Shown here in pieces: positions 6,701 through 11,565 of a stretch of DNA of 11,565 nt (its first letter is position 1; the number at the start of each line of letters is the position of its first letter). Where the stretch lies: NCBI GenBank assembly GCA_016930515.1, contig JAFGGO010000126.1, positions 1 to 11,565 on the forward strand. The letters are read 5' to 3'. This stretch comes from Promethearchaeota archaeon. Lineage in GTDB: Archaea > Asgardarchaeota > Lokiarchaeia > Sigyniarchaeales > SOKP01. The translations under genes and the position numbers were made by a program. A model generated the notes under the pieces. It worked only from the letters and a program-made list of their open reading frames with translations, did no database searches and had not been told where the DNA came from.

Positions 6701-7900
6701 TTAAAAATCAACATCTTTCCCTTCGTATGCGTAATTGAATAATTTTTTATATTCTTCTTGATTTGGAGAGCGGGGAGCCATAACGCAAGAAGGGCTCTGA
6801 TAACATAAAGCGATTAATTTTGCCATATTTTTATCTAGATCTTCTTGAGATATATCTAAATCAGCTAGTTTCTTGGGAAATCCACACTCGGATTCAAGAC
6901 TCTTAATCTTGTTTACAATGATCTTAGCAGCTAATTTATCATTATCTTCCCATTTTGCCCAACCAAGTTTTTTAGATAATTTTCCGAGGAGTTCTTTTCC
7001 CATATCTTCAGGATCGTTGTTATTGATTAAAAACATCAGCACATACTTTAAGATAATTCCCACGCTAATACCGTGAGGCGTGTGAAAAATAGCGCCCCAG
7101 CTATGACCCATTGCATGACCAATATGAACTTGGGAATTACCAAATCCCATTCCCGCCATGTTTGCCGCTTGATGAAGGTAATCTCGCGCTTCAAGATTGT
7201 TTCCGTCTTTTACTGCTATTGGAAGCCATTTAAATATGAGCTCTATAGCTTTTGTACATAGGGCATTGGAATATTCGCTTCTCCAACTCGTCGTGATGGC
7301 TTCTATCGAATGAGCAAGTGCGTCAAACGCCGTGGAAACAGTTAATTTTGGAGGCATTTTTTGAGTGAATACAGGATCAAGAATCGCAAATTGAGGCACG
7401 CACGATTTATGTGCTTGCTCTAGTTTTATCCAAATCCCTTCTTGAAGCCGGGAAATGATCATTGCCCATGTCGCTTCAGCTCCAGTTCCCGATGTCGTGG
7501 GAATGGCAACCATCGATATTTTTCTACCTAATGTTAATAATTCTTCATTGAATGGATGGAGATCGTCTATAACCATATGAGGAAACTCCGTCATTGCCCA
7601 GATAGCTTTTGCAGTGTCCATTACCGAACCACCACCGAGAGCAATGATAATATCGGGAGAATAAGAGATACTTATTTCCTTACCTTTCATGATATCTTCT
7701 TCCCGAGGATCTGGCTTCACCTCATCGAAGATTTCAAACGATTTTTCAAATCTATTTAAAGCTTCTAGAAGTGGATCTAAAACACCAAGTTGCCGAATGT
7801 TTTGATCGGTTACGATAAAACATTTGGAACCCTTGATGTTTTCCAAGTAATTCACTGCTTCTTCTCCAAAAACTACTTTTGGTCCGAAAAAATACCACAT
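6701..7900 (-). CDS. Iron-containing (group III) alcohol dehydrogenase
   Basis: 399 aa with GGGSVMDTAK, AIPTTSGTGAE, AILDP and the metal ligands in FDALAH, HAMGH and PHG. The Asp in IVTD suggests NAD(H) preference (inference). Confidence 0.93.
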   Translation of the reverse strand: MWYFFGPKVVFGEEAVNYLENIKGSKCFIVTDQNIRQLGVLDPLLEALNRFEKSFEIFDEVKPDPREEDIMKGKEISISYSPDIIIALGGGSVMDTAKAIWAMTEFPHMVIDDLHPFNEELLTLGRKISMVAIPTTSGTGAEATWAMIISRLQEGIWIKLEQAHKSCVPQFAILDPVFTQKMPPKLTVSTAFDALAHSIEAITTSWRSEYSNALCTKAIELIFKWLPIAVKDGNNLEARDYLHQAANMAGMGFGNSQVHIGHAMGHSWGAIFHTPHGISVGIILKYVLMFLINNNDPEDMGKELLGKLSKKLGWAKWEDNDKLAAKIIVNKIKSLESECGFPKKLADLDISQEDLDKNMAKLIALCYQSPSCVMAPRSPNQEEYKKLFNYAYEGKDVDF

Positions 7901-8003
7901 TCTTTTTTCACATTTGTAAATTTTTAATAATTAATACTATGATCGAAATTTACAATTATAAATATATTCGCTTATAGATATTTGAAAGGATAATAATAAA
8001 TTA

Positions 8004-8819
8004 TTAGCTTTGGATTAAATCCTTGATTCTTATTTTTAATCCATCTTCAGCTGCTATGACATGTTTGATGCCAGTAAGTTTCTTTAATTTTATAACTTGT
8101 CCAGGAACTTGATTGTCTTCTGAACGATAACCATCCATGAATGAGCCAAAATGAGTGATTATTAAGCCCTTCAAGGAGGGCGTAATTTTATTCAAATAAG
8201 GTATTACCTCGTCAGTACATAAATGGCGCCTACAAGTAACCGAATCAGGTCTTAACAAATTTAAAACCAAAATATCAACACCAGAAAATTGTTCTGAAAA
8301 TCCTTCAAAAACGGATGTGTCGCTGGTAAATCCTATTGAATAATCGTCAAGTTCAAATTTCAATCCAAAACCTTCCACTTTTTCGGTATGTTTGACTTTT
8401 GTTCCACTAATTTTTACGCCTTTATATTGATAATTTTCGCTTTGACCAAATCTTACGATTTTTTCAAGCATGTTAAGGTGATAATTAGATATAAGAGGTA
8501 ATACATCATTAGTCGTAATGAGCGTTCCTTTTTTATAATATCGATAATTCTTATCGTGAAGTCGCTCTCTTGAAGCTTCTATGATTGCACTTAGATCGTT
8601 AAAATGGTCTATATGCACATGTGTTACTATAAATAATTCCGTCTTGGTAGGGTCTTCATTAAATTGATTTATTCTTACTAATGCTCCAGGACCTGGATCT
8701 ATATGAGCTTGAATTCCGTTAAACTTATACAAGATACCTCCCGTAGCCCTGTGTTGCGTACGAATGTGATGGCGACCTCCTCCAGAACCAAGTATGATTA
8801 ATTCGTGTTCCATTTTCAT
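8004..8819 (-). CDS. Metallo-beta-lactamase-fold hydrolase (RNase Z/PhnP-like archaeal family)
   Basis: 271 aa with LIILGSGGGR, HIDPGPG, THVHIDH (HxHxDH), VKH, FTSDT, RRHL and ITHFG, the full MBL metal-ligand set. Confidence 0.88.
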   Translation of the reverse strand: MKMEHELIILGSGGGRHHIRTQHRATGGILYKFNGIQAHIDPGPGALVRINQFNEDPTKTELFIVTHVHIDHFNDLSAIIEASRERLHDKNYRYYKKGTLITTNDVLPLISNYHLNMLEKIVRFGQSENYQYKGVKISGTKVKHTEKVEGFGLKFELDDYSIGFTSDTSVFEGFSEQFSGVDILVLNLLRPDSVTCRRHLCTDEVIPYLNKITPSLKGLIITHFGSFMDGYRSEDNQVPGQVIKLKKLTGIKHVIAAEDGLKIRIKDLIQS

Positions 8820-8979
8820 TTCGAAGATTAAATGAGAAGTATTAAGAATCTTAAGCGTTTATAAAGATAAAAATTGTTGTTTTTTTCAAAATAATTTATA
8901 TTTAAATTCCGGTAAAATATCTTAAAAGAGATTCTTGAAAAATTAATTTTTCTTTTTAGTATTTAAGGATTTTTAGAAT

Positions 8980-9510
8980 TTATTTCTTAGTTTCGATTAG
9001 ATATTTTACTAGACTATAAAAGACTTTAAATACATTTACGCTTAGTTTTGCAGAAGTCTCAATATAATCTGTAAACCTAAACATTTCTTTTATATGTTGT
9101 ATTTCTTCTTTATCGACTAATATGGATTCCTTTAGATCGGATTTTGTTCCAACGAGCACGATAGGTAAACTCATATCATGCATTCTCACCATGTTTACCC
9201 ATTCTAATACATTAATAATCTTTAATTTCAGCGTCATGTCGATTAGTAATAACGCACCTCTTGCACCAGCTACGAAATTATTAAGCAAATGCCCGTGTTT
9301 CGCTTGACCTCCAAAGTCCCATAATTGGATCTCAGCCGAACTCCCTGAAAAAAATGTGATGTGAGCTTTAAAGTAATTATCGCTAATGGTGTGTTTTGTT
9401 GTCTCATCAAACTTGTCTTCCGTATATCTCCTTACAAGCGAAGTTTTACCCACACCATTGTCTCCTACGACAATTATTTTGAACATGTATTTTTTCTTTT
9501 CCAGAGACAT
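8980..9510 (-). CDS. Rab/Ras-like small GTPase
   Basis: 176 aa with G1 GDNGVGKTS, G2 Thr (HTIS), G3 WDFGGQ, G4 GTKSD and G5 ETSAK. No C-terminal Cys prenylation motif. Confidence 0.93.
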   Translation of the reverse strand: MSLEKKKYMFKIIVVGDNGVGKTSLVRRYTEDKFDETTKHTISDNYFKAHITFFSGSSAEIQLWDFGGQAKHGHLLNNFVAGARGALLLIDMTLKLKIINVLEWVNMVRMHDMSLPIVLVGTKSDLKESILVDKEEIQHIKEMFRFTDYIETSAKLSVNVFKVFYSLVKYLIETKK

Positions 9511-9516
9511 TGATTT

Positions 9517-9522
9517 TCACCT
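9517..9522 (-). promoter_or_regulatory. Shine-Dalgarno site of the GTPase gene
   Basis: AGGTGA 6 nt upstream of the ATG at 9510. Confidence 0.7.
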
Positions 9523-9567
9523 TATACCATCAGAGATTAAATTTGATAATCTTTATTTTTTATTATA

Positions 9568-11565
9568 TTAATAAGTTTTCAAATCAAGTGCTAAATTTTC
9601 ATCTATTTCTACAAGATATTCTTGGAGAAATTCCTTTATAGCTCTTTGCAATCTTATTTTTGTTGGATTGATCTTATTAAGTTGTTGATCTTTAATATAA
9701 TCGCAAACAATATCCGTGCATTGTTTTCCTAGTTCTGACAAGCGTTGATGATAATTATTTCGTTGATCGTATTTTTTTATTGGTGTGTCTAATGGTAATT
9801 TAAAAATATGACGCGAACTTTTTTTAATTTTAATTTGTTCGTTAATTAAAGACGAATTAAGAACGGCAGATAAGTAATATGCCTCATTTTTATTATTTGT
9901 AGAGTAAAAAGTTAAATCTCCAGTAATTAAACATTCACCTTCAACAACCGTTGCATTTAATGTAGAACCCGAATTATTATATATCACTTTTATGTACCCT
10001 AATTGCCGCGTGTTAATCAATTTGTTCCATCTATTCAAATTCTCTAATAAAGATTCATATTTTGTTGTCGATTTTTTGTTTTTTAAATAAATAGAATTAA
10101 TTATTTTATAAAATTGAGTAGAATGTGTTTTCAGGTTGTTTAGGACGAATTTGGAATTCTTTATCGAAAAAGGTAAAAAAACGCGATATTTATCGTAAAT
10201 TCCGAATTTTACTAATTCCGTGCTTTTGATTACATTAAAAATATTTTCCTTTTCAACAATCTGGTCATTGAAAACCTTTTTTGACCAAGGTGGTTTAGAT
10301 TTCTTAAAAATTCGGTCGTCGTGATTAATTTTAACAAGATATTTATTGATTTGCTGCTCAATTATAAAAATAAGGCTTCTTGGATTAAGATCTGCTCCTT
10401 TATGAAAAAGACTCTTATAATGGCTTTCTTTTGAGGGAATTAATTGTTCCTGTTGTTTTTTAGGAATGTATTTATTTATATATCTATTATTTCCCTTGAT
10501 TGTAGTGGAATATGGAATTAAAATATCCGTTTTATATTTCTCCATATCAATATCGTCGTAATAGCTAAAATTATTGTTATTTAATGAGCAAGGCTTATAA
10601 AAATCCACAGGTATTTCTAAAATATTTTGTGTTGATTTTTCTTGCTTTTGGGCAAATAAACAAATAAAATCTATATTAAACATTTTTTCTAAAGTAGGAT
10701 TAAAAAAAAATGCTTTAATATTATCAAATCCCTTAAAATTACGGAATCTCGATGCGTGGGATCCTGTTAAAATTCCTTTCGTAATGACGAAAAATATTTT
10801 ACCGCCCTTTTTCATAAATTCTCGACTTTTATAGAAAAATAAAGTTGAGATCTCAGTGTTAAGAATGTTCTTGGGAAGAGGCTTAATTTCCAATTCTTCC
10901 GCTAATTTCTTTATTTTTTCTTGAGATTTCAAAGAATCAATGTCTCGATATGTGTACCAAGGAGGGTTGCCAATTATTAAATCACATTTTAATTGAGATG
11001 AGGGTTCATCAAATAAAGAATTAAATATGTATAGATTGTTCTTTATACCAGTAAATCTATTGCCAATAAGTAATAATAAATTTATTCTTGCTGCATATAT
11101 CGATATCGGATTTATATCAAAACCATTAAGTTTGCTAATAGCATTAATTTTATCTGCATTCGAAACTGGTGCATTCAAAATTAATTTTGCAATTTCAATA
11201 ATGAAATTTCCAGTTCCGCAACAAGGATCAAGTACTTCCATTCCAATGCGATAAGTATCTTTAATCATTAATTTAACCAAAAAGGGAGGCGTATAATATT
11301 CCCCTAATTTATGCCTTAAAGAGGTAGGAATTAATTTGTGAGTAATTAAATCAAAATAATATTCTGGAGATAAATTAAAAACGGTACAACTCTCAATTAA
11401 GAGAATTATTAGGGGATTTAGAAATTCGATAATGGAATTAATTGGTTTGAAATAATCTAATTCATAATCGGTAACTTCAAACTGGTTTTTATTCAACCAT
11501 TTTTTAACCTTTGAAAAAATTGTTGAATCCAAGGAAGCATTAACAATCGATTTTTCTTCCAGAAT
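9568..11565 (-). CDS. N6-adenine DNA methyltransferase (type IIG/Eco57I-like, gamma motif order) with C-terminal target-recognition region; 5' end probably outside the window
   Basis: RHKLGEYYTP (motif X), VLDPCCGTGNF (motif I; DPCCGTG at 11209-11229), GFDINP, IIGNPPW (motif IV; NPPW at 10957-10968) and C-terminal YYLSAVLNS. The frame is open upstream of the track's TTG at 11532 to the window edge (ILEEKSIVNASLDSTIF...). Confidence 0.88.
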   Translation of the reverse strand: MLEEKSIVNASLDSTIFSKVKKWLNKNQFEVTDYELDYFKPINSIIEFLNPLIILLIESCTVFNLSPEYYFDLITHKLIPTSLRHKLGEYYTPPFLVKLMIKDTYRIGMEVLDPCCGTGNFIIEIAKLILNAPVSNADKINAISKLNGFDINPISIYAARINLLLLIGNRFTGIKNNLYIFNSLFDEPSSQLKCDLIIGNPPWYTYRDIDSLKSQEKIKKLAEELEIKPLPKNILNTEISTLFFYKSREFMKKGGKIFFVITKGILTGSHASRFRNFKGFDNIKAFFFNPTLEKMFNIDFICLFAQKQEKSTQNILEIPVDFYKPCSLNNNNFSYYDDIDMEKYKTDILIPYSTTIKGNNRYINKYIPKKQQEQLIPSKESHYKSLFHKGADLNPRSLIFIIEQQINKYLVKINHDDRIFKKSKPPWSKKVFNDQIVEKENIFNVIKSTELVKFGIYDKYRVFLPFSIKNSKFVLNNLKTHSTQFYKIINSIYLKNKKSTTKYESLLENLNRWNKLINTRQLGYIKVIYNNSGSTLNATVVEGECLITGDLTFYSTNNKNEAYYLSAVLNSSLINEQIKIKKSSRHIFKLPLDTPIKKYDQRNNYHQRLSELGKQCTDIVCDYIKDQQLNKINPTKIRLQRAIKEFLQEYLVEIDENLALDLKTY

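Noticed and set aside
1763-8923. AAAATATCTT occurring in three intergenic regions (1763-1772 reverse, 3347-3356, 8914-8923)
   Set aside because: Almost entirely A/T, inconsistent in orientation and distance to starts, and near-matches occur inside coding sequence; probably background.
2-9510. LRR gene plus small GTPase as a split Roco system
   Set aside because: They are 8 kb apart with unrelated genes between them, no COR domain is visible, and the GTPase looks like a stand-alone Rab-like protein.
1349-11254. Other short track ORFs (1349..1555, 2729..3022, 3796..4011, 4024..4242, 5603..5821, 6873..7076, 7073..7261, 7556..7759, 9122..9307, 9386..9571, 11027..11254)
   Set aside because: All lie antisense to longer, better-supported genes and lack family motifs.

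Overview
AT-rich, gene-dense chromosomal window that looks archaeal and most likely Asgard (Lokiarchaeia-like). This taxonomy is inferred from a non-prenylated Rab-like GTPase with WDFGGQ/GTKxD motifs, a 23-aa-period LRR protein, SCP2 proteins, AGGTGA/GAGGT ribosome-binding sites and oligo-T terminators. Gene order from left to right: (1) an LRR protein on the minus strand, absent from the ORF track, that runs off the left edge; (2) a 154-aa hypothetical protein; (3) 4-hydroxybutyryl-CoA dehydratase (abfD); (4) two tandem SCP2-fold proteins, transcribed divergently from (5) an aldehyde:ferredoxin oxidoreductase that converges on (6) an Fe-containing alcohol dehydrogenase; (7) an MBL-fold hydrolase; (8) a Rab-like small GTPase; (9) an N6-adenine DNA methyltransferase that runs off the right edge. 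The best candidate for an under-described system is the SCP2-pair/AOR/Fe-ADH(/AbfD) cluster, a possible carrier-assisted redox module for hydrophobic alcohols, aldehydes and acids. No RNA genes, CRISPR array or mobile element could be supported.
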